Source: a virus
DNA length: 64,000 nt
Reading direction: 5' to 3' (one strand)
Virus record (IMG/VR): IMGVR_UViG_3300042988_000771
Coordinates: 1-64,000 of that record
The notes beneath the pieces were generated by a model that was not told where the DNA came from, did not search any database, and was given only the letters and a program-made list of their open reading frames with translations. Position numbers and translations under genes: made by a program. Each line of letters opens with the position of its first letter. Positions within the stretch are counted from its first letter, which is position 1. Below, piece by piece: positions 17,372 to 27,160 of this stretch.

Positions 17372-19191
17372 GTGGGCACGCCCTTGTCGAGCCACGGGGC
17401 GAAGGCGACATGTCCCAGCCACGAGCTGGCCCTGATCTGGGAGACAGAGTGCGGCTCCCAGTCTGGCGTGGGAATCGTCCGCCAGTCGTTCGTGTATGCC
17501 AGCACGTCACCCGCGGTAGTCAACTGGCGATAGTTGATGGAAGACCCGCCGTACTGGTAGAACAACATGTCCCTTGGGCTGATGGGCATTCGCTCCCAGA
17601 ACTGCTCGCCTAGGCTCTCTATCGAACTGAGCGGTGGAGTGGCCCCTGTCCTATTGGGCCCCCACGGGGAGTTGAGGTCGCGCAGCTCGTAGTACCCGCC
17701 TCCTCGGTCAGTGGAGTCGATCTTGAACGTCATCGTCCCGGCTCCCCTACTCATCCACCCAGTGTTGCCGCACGGGTAGCTGTCGTAGCTGTAGTTCCTC
17801 CCCTGGATGGGATCGACGCTGTACTCCCAGTAGGGAGGGCTGATGTCCTGATATCCCGCGACCGAGTGGTAGAAGGGACCGCCATACCCGAGGACGTCGT
17901 ATGGGGTGGCGCCACCGTCGTCCAGCTCCTCGTCCGTGGGCCACCGTGTGTCGATCTCCACATGGAAGTCGTGATAGCCGGGTGGCGGGATCGGGATGTC
18001 GAACGACACGGATGCCGTGCACCATTCGGTGTAGTGGATGCTGCCCATGCTCGTGCCGAGGTAGATGTGCCCGGTCCCGTACCCGATGTTCGTGGCCACC
18101 ACCTCGCCGTTCACCCACATCGTCCCGTTGTGAGGGCCGTTCGCTGTCATGCGCTTGATGAAGGTCGGGTTGTTCTCGTAGCCGCCGAAGATGCCCGCGA
18201 GGAAGTAGCTGCTCCCCAATCCCCACGGGACCGAGAAGGTCATCGTGCACGACTCTGGGGTGTATACCGTGTCAAGCGTGTACCACGACCCGCCCCCGTA
18301 GGACCACCTCTCGCCGTTCGCATAGTCGGGCACGTAGAAGGTGTAGTCGTACTCCCCCTTGCTCCGCACCTCATTGGGGAACGTGGTCACGTCTTCATCG
18401 ACAGGGCGCATTCCTGTCATCAAGCCTGGTTCGTAGGGGTACTCAGGCCAGGTGAACTCGTACGACTCCCATCGGTAGTTCCGCAGGAAGTGCACGGGGT
18501 AGATGACCGTCCCACTGCTGCCCTCCAGGGACGAGTACATGCCGAAGTCGTTCCACCAGAACGGAGGAGTCGTGTTCTTCCACAGAAGCCTGTCGCCGGT
18601 GACGAACGACAGGATCTCGCCCGAGTAGGGGTCCTCTTCGTAGGCATGGTCGATCTGCCTTTCCAGGACGTGAGCGCCAGTCAGGTCCCAGCCGTCGATG
18701 ACGTAATCGTCGTAGATGAAGATCCTCTGCGAGTCCTGACTCACAAACAGCGCTCCTGACTTCAGGCTGCTGTTCTGGAGAAGGATCTTGGTCACCTTGA
18801 GCTTCGACTTGCTCCGCTCGATGATGAGGGCGAATGTCTCCGTCTCGGGGTCCGCCCAGTTGTCCGGGTACGTGGCTACGCACAGCCCTGCATCGTTGAA
18901 CGCGGTGTTGAACCTCTGGTCGGCCTCGAACCCGACCACGTAGGTGTCGATCACGATGGCGGGGATGTTCGTTATAGGGCTCGTCCGCCACAGCTGGAGC
19001 ACCCGGTGATCTGCATCGGTCCATGTCGTAGTGACGAAGTAGTCAGTGTCCAGGACTCCGACGATCCACGTCCCTGCGACTTCGCCACTGGGCACGTAGG
19101 TTTCGTAGTTGAATCCCCCGTTGTACGTTCCCGTCAGCGGCTGCGGCACCTCGGGAGAGGGAACCTTGGCAGGATCGAAGGGGTAGGCCAC
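17368..19191 (-). CDS. Minor tail / receptor-binding-like protein
   Basis: 607 aa, aromatic and beta-rich, at the end of the tail block. Confidence 0.5.
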   Translation of the reverse strand: MAYPFDPAKVPSPEVPQPLTGTYNGGFNYETYVPSGEVAGTWIVGVLDTDYFVTTTWTDADHRVLQLWRTSPITNIPAIVIDTYVVGFEADQRFNTAFNDAGLCVATYPDNWADPETETFALIIERSKSKLKVTKILLQNSSLKSGALFVSQDSQRIFIYDDYVIDGWDLTGAHVLERQIDHAYEEDPYSGEILSFVTGDRLLWKNTTPPFWWNDFGMYSSLEGSSGTVIYPVHFLRNYRWESYEFTWPEYPYEPGLMTGMRPVDEDVTTFPNEVRSKGEYDYTFYVPDYANGERWSYGGGSWYTLDTVYTPESCTMTFSVPWGLGSSYFLAGIFGGYENNPTFIKRMTANGPHNGTMWVNGEVVATNIGYGTGHIYLGTSMGSIHYTEWCTASVSFDIPIPPPGYHDFHVEIDTRWPTDEELDDGGATPYDVLGYGGPFYHSVAGYQDISPPYWEYSVDPIQGRNYSYDSYPCGNTGWMSRGAGTMTFKIDSTDRGGGYYELRDLNSPWGPNRTGATPPLSSIESLGEQFWERMPISPRDMLFYQYGGSSINYRQLTTAGDVLAYTNDWRTIPTPDWEPHSVSQIRASSWLGHVAFAPWLDKGVPT

Positions 19192-19193
19192 GG

Positions 19194-21791
19194 CTACCTC
19201 GTGCTCAGGTCGCGGTACGCACGGCCCTTGACGTAGATCCAGCCAGCGTCACCGCTGACCACCTCGCCATCCTCGAACTGCGCATAGAGGGCAACACCGA
19301 TGGAGATGCCGTTCAGGCCCGTCAGGACCTCCGTCCTGTTCTTGCCCTCCTCGCTGGGGTTGAAGTCCTTGTTCTGCCCAGAGAAGTCGAACGACCAGCC
19401 AGCGCCGTCCACCATCATGCCCGTGGGGGTGGCGATGCCGTCCTTCATCCTCGGAGAGTAGCCAGCAGGGCGCTCGTAGGTGCCCCAGCCGATGATGAAG
19501 CCCTCCTGCGTGCGCGGGGCATACAGGTCGGGGTTGGGCCAGGGATTGCCGTTGGGCTGCCTGCTCTCGAAGGCGTTGGGGAACAGGGCAGCGTGCTGCG
19601 AGGTGTCGGGGTTGAGCGGCATGGACGATCGGTCGATGTTCCACACGTAGTAGAAGCTGACGTGGAACTCCACGGGCGCGAGCGTGCCGTCCTCGTAGTA
19701 GGCGGCGAACTCGGTGCGGTTGATCGACCCTGCCTGGGCCAGCAGCATGGGCATGAAGGCCCAGCGACGGTTCTGGTCGGCATCTCCCGCGTGCACGGCC
19801 ACGTAGGGGTTCTTCCCCTGGTGGACGTCCTTGGTCACCGTGTTGAGCATCTTCTCCCCCATGAGGATGTGCCTGGGGGTGTTCGGCCAGTCGGTGATGG
19901 TGGTGCGATGGTCGGTCTTGTAGAACTTGGATGGCGGGTCGGACAAGGTGCTGACCTCCCCGTCCAAGTGGGGGAAGGACGTGCTCCAGTCCGTGAAGCG
20001 CTGGGAGCGCGGGAAGTAGCCCGAGCCAGCGGTGTTGTTCCACGGGTAGACGAGGTCGTCGATCATCACCGATCGCTTGTTGACCTGGAGCGCCTTGATG
20101 GGTGTGAGGGTGTCACGACCGGAGGCGATGGCCTCCTCCACGGTCAGCAGGTCGCGGAACTTGGTGTCCACCGTCAGGGAGACCGACCCGCCCTGGGGGT
20201 TCATGTTCACCTGCGAGATGTGGAACTTGTTGATCCCCTGCTCCTCGGTGTTGAAGCCGTTGAAGCCCTTGACCAGGATGCACATGCCCGCGCGGATGTC
20301 CCACTTGCACACGGGGTCGCCATTGGAGTCGCGCAGGTCCACCTGGATGGTGATCTCCCCTGACCAGCCGGGGTCCTTGTCCCGCTCCAGCCAGTTCTCC
20401 GAGATCTCCTGCGCATCGGCGAGGTTGATCCCATCGGGGAACTGCGCCATGCGCTCGGCCACCACGATGCCCTCGGTGCGCTCCGTCCAGCCCTCGTAGC
20501 CGTCATAGAGCCGCTGCACCTGGTCGTCGCTCCAGTAGAGCTCGGCCGGGTTCTTGGGGCTGGGCGTGGGGTCACGCAGCTCAGGGATGTCAGGATCGGT
20601 CGGGAGGGGCTCGTAGCCGTAGTGGTAGACGTTGATGCCCCGGACGTCCTTGATGCTCGCCAGCGGCTCCCATGCGCTCCACGGGGCATCGTCAGGCTGG
20701 AAGACCGTCGTCCACGAGGTGTCGTCCATGCCGCGGCCGTTGCCGAACACCACGTTGGAGGCCTGATTGCCATCCCTGTTGACGCGCACCTCCACGCCCG
20801 GCTGCCCGTACCAGCACACCAGGTCGGGCACGCGCGTCTGCTTGCGCACGTACAGGCGCGGGATGCGGCCGGGGTCCTTGGTGATCGTCCACTGGTCGCC
20901 CTTCATCAGGGCTGTGGAGGAGTCGGACTTGGTGTAGAGGATGCTCAGCTGGCCCTGGATGTAGCCCGTCAGGGCCTTCTCCCATGACCCCGAGTTGCGC
21001 GTGACGAAGCCCGTGAAGGGCGGGTCGGGCTTGACCACGTAGGTCGACAGGTCCGGGTCCCACTCGGTCCCACCGGGGTAGATGCCCGTGGGCACGTAGC
21101 GCGGGCCGAGGTCGCGGTACTTCTTGCGCTTGGCGACGGTGTAGCGGCGCGTCCAGTCCTCGCCGTCCCTGATCACGCAGTCCTTGGAGTCGGGGACCGT
21201 ATCGGTGTAGGGGCCGTCCCCGAACTCGATCACCAGCGGCTGCGTCCACAGCCCGCGCCTGCGCGGGTCGAAGTAGCGGGCGATCATCGACTCCACGGTC
21301 TTGGGGCGCCACGGGAACAGGGGCTTGGCGAAGTAGCGATCCAGTTGGTACAGGCAGCCCTGGCAGGTGACCGATGTCCCTTCGGGAGAGGGATCGAGGC
21401 TGACGAAGAAGCCCTCCCACATGGGCAGGATGGGATCGCCCAACTGGTCCTTCTCGTGCAGATAGAGCGTGCGCTGGTTGGTGATGGGGTCGATGACCAA
21501 CTGCTCGCCTGTGTTCCACTGCGTGGAGGTGCAGGGCAGCCAGTAGATGTCGACGTTGGTGAACTCCTTGAGCCACGGCAGGCTGGTCACCCCGTCGAAG
21601 CCTGTCACCTGGGCGAACTTGAGCACGGCCGTGGCATCCCCGAAGGGGTCGGCGAAGGTCATGTTCTCCACGACTGTGGGCACGCCGCGAAGGTAGGTGA
21701 CGTCGTACTCGTCCCCCTTGGTGTTCCACACCTTGATCCAGAACAGCCCGTACCCGTTCGGGTTGACGCTGGTGTCGTAGGTCCAGCTCAT
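19194..21791 (-). CDS. Minor tail / baseplate hub-like protein
   Basis: 865 aa downstream of Dit-like genes. WEGFFVSL and DIRAGMCILV resemble actinophage minor tail proteins. Confidence 0.55.
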   Translation of the reverse strand: MSWTYDTSVNPNGYGLFWIKVWNTKGDEYDVTYLRGVPTVVENMTFADPFGDATAVLKFAQVTGFDGVTSLPWLKEFTNVDIYWLPCTSTQWNTGEQLVIDPITNQRTLYLHEKDQLGDPILPMWEGFFVSLDPSPEGTSVTCQGCLYQLDRYFAKPLFPWRPKTVESMIARYFDPRRRGLWTQPLVIEFGDGPYTDTVPDSKDCVIRDGEDWTRRYTVAKRKKYRDLGPRYVPTGIYPGGTEWDPDLSTYVVKPDPPFTGFVTRNSGSWEKALTGYIQGQLSILYTKSDSSTALMKGDQWTITKDPGRIPRLYVRKQTRVPDLVCWYGQPGVEVRVNRDGNQASNVVFGNGRGMDDTSWTTVFQPDDAPWSAWEPLASIKDVRGINVYHYGYEPLPTDPDIPELRDPTPSPKNPAELYWSDDQVQRLYDGYEGWTERTEGIVVAERMAQFPDGINLADAQEISENWLERDKDPGWSGEITIQVDLRDSNGDPVCKWDIRAGMCILVKGFNGFNTEEQGINKFHISQVNMNPQGGSVSLTVDTKFRDLLTVEEAIASGRDTLTPIKALQVNKRSVMIDDLVYPWNNTAGSGYFPRSQRFTDWSTSFPHLDGEVSTLSDPPSKFYKTDHRTTITDWPNTPRHILMGEKMLNTVTKDVHQGKNPYVAVHAGDADQNRRWAFMPMLLAQAGSINRTEFAAYYEDGTLAPVEFHVSFYYVWNIDRSSMPLNPDTSQHAALFPNAFESRQPNGNPWPNPDLYAPRTQEGFIIGWGTYERPAGYSPRMKDGIATPTGMMVDGAGWSFDFSGQNKDFNPSEEGKNRTEVLTGLNGISIGVALYAQFEDGEVVSGDAGWIYVKGRAYRDLSTR

Positions 21792-23092
21792 GAGGAGGGC
21801 TTCCCGTCCGTGATCGTGGGAGTGTCCATGTCCACCACGATGCCATGCAGCGCACGCAGGATGATGCCTCCCGCGACGGGTGGCGTGACGTCGATGGCAG
21901 CCTCAGGCGGGTCCTCGGGATCGGGCGTGGGCGGAACGTGGGGAGCAGGGGGCTCAGGCACCACGATGGTCTTGTGGACGATGGCACGACGCATCGTGGT
22001 GTCCATCGAGAAGGTGGCCGACCCCAGGGCGATCTCCGTGTAGAGGCTGGGCGGTTCGACTTCCGTGAGGTCCATGATCAGGATCTCCGAGAACACGGGG
22101 GCGAACAGCCACGGGGCGAACTGGAACACCCGCGAGGCATGCACGGTCAGCTCGGTGGCCATGTCCATGGAGCCGCTCAGTCCCTGGAAGGTCCAGATGT
22201 CCCCGGCAGGCTCGGTGCTGGCGTCGATGTTCCCGCTCAACCACTGGTACTCGTTCAGCTTCAGGTGTGCGGAGAGCTCCATGTCCATGGTCATGGACAG
22301 GTCGCCGTAGAAGGTCCGCTGGTCCCACATGACGGCGTCACCCACGAGGTCCGTCGCCATGTCCATGCGGCCGACAGCGTTCCAGGAGTAGTCCAGGTGG
22401 AGCGGGTCAACCTCAGCCGTGGCGTCGATGTCGCCATGGAGCTGGCCCACCATCGCGATGTCCTGGGAGAACTCCAGCCAGGTGTTGAGCGTGGTGGTCG
22501 TGGACCCGCTGGCTGTGGCATCGGCGTAGGAGCCGTAAGCCATAGCCTGGATGCTGGCGCTCATGGAGGTGGCCGAGACGTTGAATGCCCGGACGCCCAC
22601 CTCGACGACGAGGCGATCCCCATCGAGGGCATCCACGCTGCTCAGGGTTGCCCCTGTCGAGGCCCCACCGGGGAACCACGTCGTGTAGTACGAGGACGTC
22701 GACTGGGTCAGCTCATTGGCCAGCGTGGTGGCGAGGTCACCTGCATAGAGCGTGCCCCGCACGGTCGTGCCATCCCCGGACACGACCTTGGCGATGATCT
22801 GCGGTCGGTAGTCGCCCGCCGTGCTGGACTCACGCGCGCGTAGGAGCGTCTTGAGCGTGCCCGAGATGGTCTGGTCACCGATCAAGGGGGCGGACACGAA
22901 CTGGTAGGCGAGGTAGTCCAGTTGGGCTGTGGTGGAGGTCTCGGTGTTCACCACTGTCGTGGTGGTGGTCACCAAGGAGGGACGATGCTGGATGGCACGC
23001 CGAAGAGCGCTGGCGGTGACGTTCCACTCAGCGTCAAAGGCAGGCGATACCGGGGGAGTAGTCGCCTGGTCGACATACAGGCGAGTGGCCAT
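21788..23092 (-). CDS. Minor tail protein
   Basis: Thr-rich and beta-rich, within the tail block. Confidence 0.5.
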   Translation of the reverse strand: MATRLYVDQATTPPVSPAFDAEWNVTASALRRAIQHRPSLVTTTTTVVNTETSTTAQLDYLAYQFVSAPLIGDQTISGTLKTLLRARESSTAGDYRPQIIAKVVSGDGTTVRGTLYAGDLATTLANELTQSTSSYYTTWFPGGASTGATLSSVDALDGDRLVVEVGVRAFNVSATSMSASIQAMAYGSYADATASGSTTTTLNTWLEFSQDIAMVGQLHGDIDATAEVDPLHLDYSWNAVGRMDMATDLVGDAVMWDQRTFYGDLSMTMDMELSAHLKLNEYQWLSGNIDASTEPAGDIWTFQGLSGSMDMATELTVHASRVFQFAPWLFAPVFSEILIMDLTEVEPPSLYTEIALGSATFSMDTTMRRAIVHKTIVVPEPPAPHVPPTPDPEDPPEAAIDVTPPVAGGIILRALHGIVVDMDTPTITDGKPSS

Positions 23093-23095
23093 GGA

Positions 23096-23518
23096 CTACG
23101 TCCCAGGCATCGTGATGGTGAGTGCTCCTGGAGCGAAGGCAGCCTGGACACCAGTGAGGACAGGAGCGGGGTTGTCCAAGGCTCCCCAGCCCACGAAGTT
23201 GCCACCCGAGATGGCGTCGTAGATCACGAAGTGGGTGAGGTCTGAGCCCGAGGCCCAGTCGGCGGTGGCCACGGCGAAGGTGACGTTCTGGGCGTTGGCC
23301 TTGACCCGCGAGACTGCTGCGCTCCAGTAGGTGGCGCTGTTGGTCACGCCCACACGCGCATACCCGCTGCCTCCCGCAGGCTCGGTGACATTGGTGCCGG
23401 TGTCCGTGGGCTCGGTGCTGGACAGCCCGACGTAGAAGATCGCGGGGAAGGTGTTGGTCGCCTTGCCAAAGGCGATGTCCAACGTGAGGTTCGCGTACGT
23501 GTTCGACAACTTGCCCAT
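23096..23518 (-). CDS. Small tail protein, paralog 1 of 3
   Basis: YVGL...P...E..G.GYAR...N...TF...THFVIYDA..GGN pattern shared with its two neighbours. Confidence 0.65.
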   Translation of the reverse strand: MGKLSNTYANLTLDIAFGKATNTFPAIFYVGLSSTEPTDTGTNVTEPAGGSGYARVGVTNSATYWSAAVSRVKANAQNVTFAVATADWASGSDLTHFVIYDAISGGNFVGWGALDNPAPVLTGVQAAFAPGALTITMPGT

Positions 23519-23534
23519 CAGTTCTCCTCAGTAG

Positions 23535-23960
23535 TCATCCTTCGCCGCCACCGCCACCGCCATCAGGCGGAAGGGCTGTCGTCCCGTCGTTCATCTGCAA
23601 GATCACCCGGTTCCACCCCAGCACGAGGCTATCGCCCTCGCCCACGTTCACGTAGGTGCTGAATCCACCCGACCATGACACGTCCATCTCGGTCAGCCCG
23701 TTGACCACGAACCATCCCGCGATGGCCCCTGCGGGCAGGTTGAGGAAGGTGATGTCCGCGTTGTTCGTCAACGCCGTCGTGTCATAGGGCTGGAGATCGG
23801 CATCGGGGACGAGGGCGACGCGGGTGCCAGCAATCTCACAGGCGGCCAGGTCCACCTTGGGCTCGCCTCCTGGGGTGTAGAGGCCGATGTACCACTCGTA
23901 GGCGAGGAAGGGCTCGATGCCCATGATGTGGTTGAGGATGGGGACGAGGTAGGAGCCCAT
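23535..23960 (-). CDS. Small tail protein, paralog 2 of 3
   Basis: WYIGLYT...E...TR...N.ADITF pattern. Confidence 0.55.
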   Translation of the reverse strand: MGSYLVPILNHIMGIEPFLAYEWYIGLYTPGGEPKVDLAACEIAGTRVALVPDADLQPYDTTALTNNADITFLNLPAGAIAGWFVVNGLTEMDVSWSGGFSTYVNVGEGDSLVLGWNRVILQMNDGTTALPPDGGGGGGEG

Positions 23961-24367
23961 CAGAACGCCTCCACCGAGAGGGAGTTGGACGGGATCGTGA
24001 CGAAGGACAGGGCCTTGATCGTCACCGTGTAGGGCAGGGGCGCATAGAGGACGACCTCACCATCGACGCTCTCGGTGCACAGCGCGTAGTGGCGCAGGAT
24101 GGGCCAGTCGGCATCGGCGTTGGAGTAGATGAGCGGTGCCGTGAACAGGCTGGCACCCGCCGTGGTCGCCGTCCAGGAGGTCAGCCCGTCCAGGGGGATC
24201 TCCTGGCGCACGTAGGCAGGGTCCGTGGGCTCGTAGGCGGCGATGTCCGTGCCCGTGTCATCGGCGGCAGCGGTGGTGTCCAGCAGGGCGAGCCACAGGC
24301 TGGTGGGCATGGTCTGCTGCCCGGTGAGCACGCCCACCATGAGGTTGGCCCCGTACTGGCTCAGCAT
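23960..24367 (-). CDS. Small tail protein, paralog 3 of 3
   Basis: LWLALL...EP...YVRQ...ADWP...HYAL...G pattern. Confidence 0.6.
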   Translation of the reverse strand: MLSQYGANLMVGVLTGQQTMPTSLWLALLDTTAAADDTGTDIAAYEPTDPAYVRQEIPLDGLTSWTATTAGASLFTAPLIYSNADADWPILRHYALCTESVDGEVVLYAPLPYTVTIKALSFVTIPSNSLSVEAF

Positions 24368-24813
24368 CAGAACGCTCCGCTCAGCGCGACGGGCTTGCGC
24401 GGGACCTGGAAGGTCGTCACCGCGTAGAGGGCGTGCAGGTGGACGGTGTCGAACTGGACCATGTAGTCCGCGGCCTCACAGTCCCATGCGTGCTGCTGGG
24501 AGCCCACGGTGATCATCAGGGTGTAGCGGTCCTGGCAGAAGGCGGTGATGAGGGCACCGATCTTGGTGTCCATGTCCGCCTGCGTGCTGCCCTTGACGTA
24601 CACGCTCAGGGGCTCCATGACGTTGGTCCGCCTGCGGGAGACGGTGATGTCCCCATCCACCCAGGGGGCGGACACCTGCCTGCGGTCCCAGGACACCTGC
24701 GCGCCCATGGCCGAGGGACCTGCCAGCACATAGGAGGTGTGGTCGTTGATGTCCAGGTCACCCAGGCTCAGGGCTGTCCTGGTGACCTTGGCGACGATGG
24801 TGAGATCGGTCAT
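24367..24813 (-). CDS. Distal tail (Dit)-like protein
   Basis: SAPWVDG...RR...LSVYVKG...D.KI..L pattern and position at the head of the tail block. Confidence 0.45.
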   Translation of the reverse strand: MTDLTIVAKVTRTALSLGDLDINDHTSYVLAGPSAMGAQVSWDRRQVSAPWVDGDITVSRRRTNVMEPLSVYVKGSTQADMDTKIGALITAFCQDRYTLMITVGSQQHAWDCEAADYMVQFDTVHLHALYAVTTFQVPRKPVALSGAF

Positions 24814-25292
24814 GCGGTCCTCAGCAGGGTCTTGGGCAGGCTTGCTGCTGCCATCCCAAGGTAGTCAGGCCGGTAGCCGATCTGCTGCATGAAGGCGCCC
24901 ATGGCGCGTCGTCCACGCTTGCTGGAGTGCACGAGCTTGTCCCCTGCGGACAGGACGTTGACCTGCGCCTTGACGGGCGCCTCCTTGGCCTTGAGCGTGA
25001 GCGTCCTGCCCCGCGAGATGACCTTCTGCGCTCCTGCGCCCTTGGACACGTGCTCAACCCCGAAGGCATCGCTCTTGCCGAACGACATGCGGGTGGCGTA
25101 GCGCTCCTGCTGGGTGGCAACGGCCTTCTTCGTTGCGGGATCGAGGAGAGCCTTGGCCTTCACCGGGTCCCAGTGGACGAAGTTGCCGGGCTGTGCTGGT
25201 ACGAGCTTGACCTTCTGAGCAGCCTGAGCGCCCCTCTTGACTGGACGAACCACATCCAGGAGGGACTTGTTGACTCCGAAGGCATCGGTCAT
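24810..25292 (-). CDS. AFGV-tagged protein with two tags
   Basis: MTDAFGVNKS at the N-terminus and internal FGKSDAFGVEHVSKG. Confidence 0.8.
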   Translation of the reverse strand: MTDAFGVNKSLLDVVRPVKRGAQAAQKVKLVPAQPGNFVHWDPVKAKALLDPATKKAVATQQERYATRMSFGKSDAFGVEHVSKGAGAQKVISRGRTLTLKAKEAPVKAQVNVLSAGDKLVHSSKRGRRAMGAFMQQIGYRPDYLGMAAASLPKTLLRTA

Positions 25293-25519
25293 CGGCGCAC
25301 CAGCTTGAGCAGCTTGGCAGCCACCTTGCCCTTCTTGCGCGGGAAGGCGTCAGAGGCCGTGTAGCGCATGACCTCGCGGGTGTCCATCCGCGCCATCAGG
25401 CGGCCACGCTCGGTCATGTCCGGGCCGGTGTACTTGGGCTTGGGTGTTCCTCCCCGCAGCATGGCATCGGCCTGAGCCTCGGTCATGGCCTTGTGAACGA
25501 CCCCGAACGCGCTGATCAC
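25289..25519 (-). CDS. AFGV-tagged small basic protein
   Basis: Starts (M)ISAFGVVHKA. Confidence 0.75.
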   Translation of the reverse strand: MISAFGVVHKAMTEAQADAMLRGGTPKPKYTGPDMTERGRLMARMDTREVMRYTASDAFPRKKGKVAAKLLKLVRR

Positions 25520-26250
25520 AGGTGGACCTTCGCGTCCTTGTTGCGCCCACGACCAGCAACGGCTCCTGCACCCGCGAGCAGGACAGCAGGGGCAGCGACA
25601 GCAGCGGCCGTCTTGCCCTTGCCCCAGCGACCGATGCGCCCGAGCTTGGGGTTGAACACCTTGCCCGCAGCCTTCTCCCCCGGCGTGCGGATGTCCTTCA
25701 TGGAGGGCGTTCCGCCCTCATGGAGCTGGTGACCTGCCCAGATCTTGCTCTCCAGGGGCGTCTGGGCCTTCGTGGGCAGATGGTCGGCGTTCCACGTCTT
25801 GCGTCCCGCTGCCACCACGCCAGCCCCAGCGCCTGCGCCTGCACCGCCACCGGCAATGCCCATGACCGTCGAGGTCTTGTCGGACTTGGCCACCTTGGTC
25901 TTGTGGGCGGCGAACGAGCCACCTGCGGCTGCGCCACCGAGGACGGGGACCGCTGCCAGGGCAAGGCCTGTCTTGCCGCCCTTGACCCGCGCTGTGCGTG
26001 CCCACTCCATCGGGTTGTACGCCCCGCCTACGCCCTTGGCTGCGCCCTTGAGCGCTCCGCTGCGGGAGTGGACAGCGTGCTTGCCCTTCTCGCCGTAGCC
26101 CACTGAGCCACGCTGGGCTGCTGCCAGGGCTGCCAGAGGGGCATTGCCCAGCACTGCACCACCTGCTGCTGACCCACCGATGATGGCTGCTCGCTTGGTC
26201 TTCTCGCCCTTGCTCACGAGGTCCCGGTCAACACCGAATGCGTCCTGCAT
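25516..26250 (-). CDS. AFGV-tagged glycine-zipper protein
   Basis: Starts MQDAFGVDRDLVSKG. An internal KVAKS separates two units, each with two Gly/Ala helices. Confidence 0.8.
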   Translation of the reverse strand: MQDAFGVDRDLVSKGEKTKRAAIIGGSAAGGAVLGNAPLAALAAAQRGSVGYGEKGKHAVHSRSGALKGAAKGVGGAYNPMEWARTARVKGGKTGLALAAVPVLGGAAAGGSFAAHKTKVAKSDKTSTVMGIAGGGAGAGAGAGVVAAGRKTWNADHLPTKAQTPLESKIWAGHQLHEGGTPSMKDIRTPGEKAAGKVFNPKLGRIGRWGKGKTAAAVAAPAVLLAGAGAVAGRGRNKDAKVHL

Positions 26251-26308
26251 CTGTCCTCCTAAGTCGGGCCAGCAGGGCTATGCCCACCTCACCCTGCTGG
26301 CTATGACC

Positions 26309-26327
26309 AGTCTCTCAGGGGCGTCAC
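26309..26327 (-). promoter_or_regulatory. Late promoter motif, AFGV/tail operon
   Basis: GTGAC-GCCCCTGA-GAGACT. Confidence 0.55.
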
Positions 26328-26337
26328 GCAGGGCTGA

Positions 26338-26625
26338 CTACTGCGACGCCCTCCACCGGGCCATCTCGGCGTCATGACGACGCCCAGCAGCGAGATCCTT
26401 GTTGCTCTGCTCCACGCGTGCTGCACGCGTGGACGCAGCGTTGGCGTTCACCCTGCGCAGCTGATTGCGTCCCGCCTTGGTGGTGCGGGGGAAGTGGGTG
26501 GTCAGGTAGCGCTTGACGGGGTTGGCCCCAAAGCCCGCCCTGAAGTTGTTCTTGGCCGCTACGGCTGCTGGCTGGAACAGTCCCTTGGAGATGTCCCCGC
26601 GCTCTACCCCGAATGCGTCTCTCAT
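26338..26625 (-). CDS. AFGV-tagged small basic protein
   Basis: Starts MRDAFGVERGDISKG. Confidence 0.8.
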   Translation of the reverse strand: MRDAFGVERGDISKGLFQPAAVAAKNNFRAGFGANPVKRYLTTHFPRTTKAGRNQLRRVNANAASTRAARVEQSNKDLAAGRRHDAEMARWRASQ

Positions 26626-26631
26626 AGCTCT

Positions 26632-26650
26632 ATCCTCCCAGCGACGTCAC
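26632..26650 (-). promoter_or_regulatory. Late promoter motif, AFGV gene 26338-26625
   Basis: GTGAC-GTCGCTGG-GAGGAT-N6-ATG. Confidence 0.55.
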
Positions 26651-27072
26651 GCAGGGCTGTCGAACATGGCGGTGCGGACGTTCATGGGCTTGGCGAAGGG
26701 CTCGGGTGGCTCGGGGATGGAGATGTCATCGACCACGCTCATGTAGTTCTTCTTGTAGGCGATGGCCCACTGGTCCCAGCCGTCGGGGATGGGCCTCTTG
26801 CCGATCCAGCACGGCTCACCATTGTGGGCAACCACGAAGTCCTCGTTGAGGGTGTACTCCCCGACCCCTGCCTTGGCTGTCCCTGAGCCATAGCGCTGGG
26901 GGTTGAACCTCCAGTCCTCGGGGATGGAGTCGATGATCTCCTGCGCTGTTGCAGTGTGCCTGTGCTCCCTGCGCCACTCTTTGGCAGCGTCTGCTTCCTT
27001 CACCGGGTTGTACCCAGTGGGGGTGTACTCGAAGTGTGCCCCACAGGAGCAGGTCTCCTTGATCATCTCCAC
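26647..27072 (-). CDS. Hypothetical protein with N-terminal CxC...H motif
   Basis: ETCSCGA...WRREH, preceded by an SD-like GAGG. Confidence 0.55.
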   Translation of the reverse strand: MEMIKETCSCGAHFEYTPTGYNPVKEADAAKEWRREHRHTATAQEIIDSIPEDWRFNPQRYGSGTAKAGVGEYTLNEDFVVAHNGEPCWIGKRPIPDGWDQWAIAYKKNYMSVVDDISIPEPPEPFAKPMNVRTAMFDSPA

Positions 27073-27160
27073 CCCACCTCGTGCAGCCCTACGACCATCG
27101 CGATGAGGGCCAGCAGGCTCAGCCCGATCACGAAGGAGAGGAACGTCCCTGTGCTGTCCT

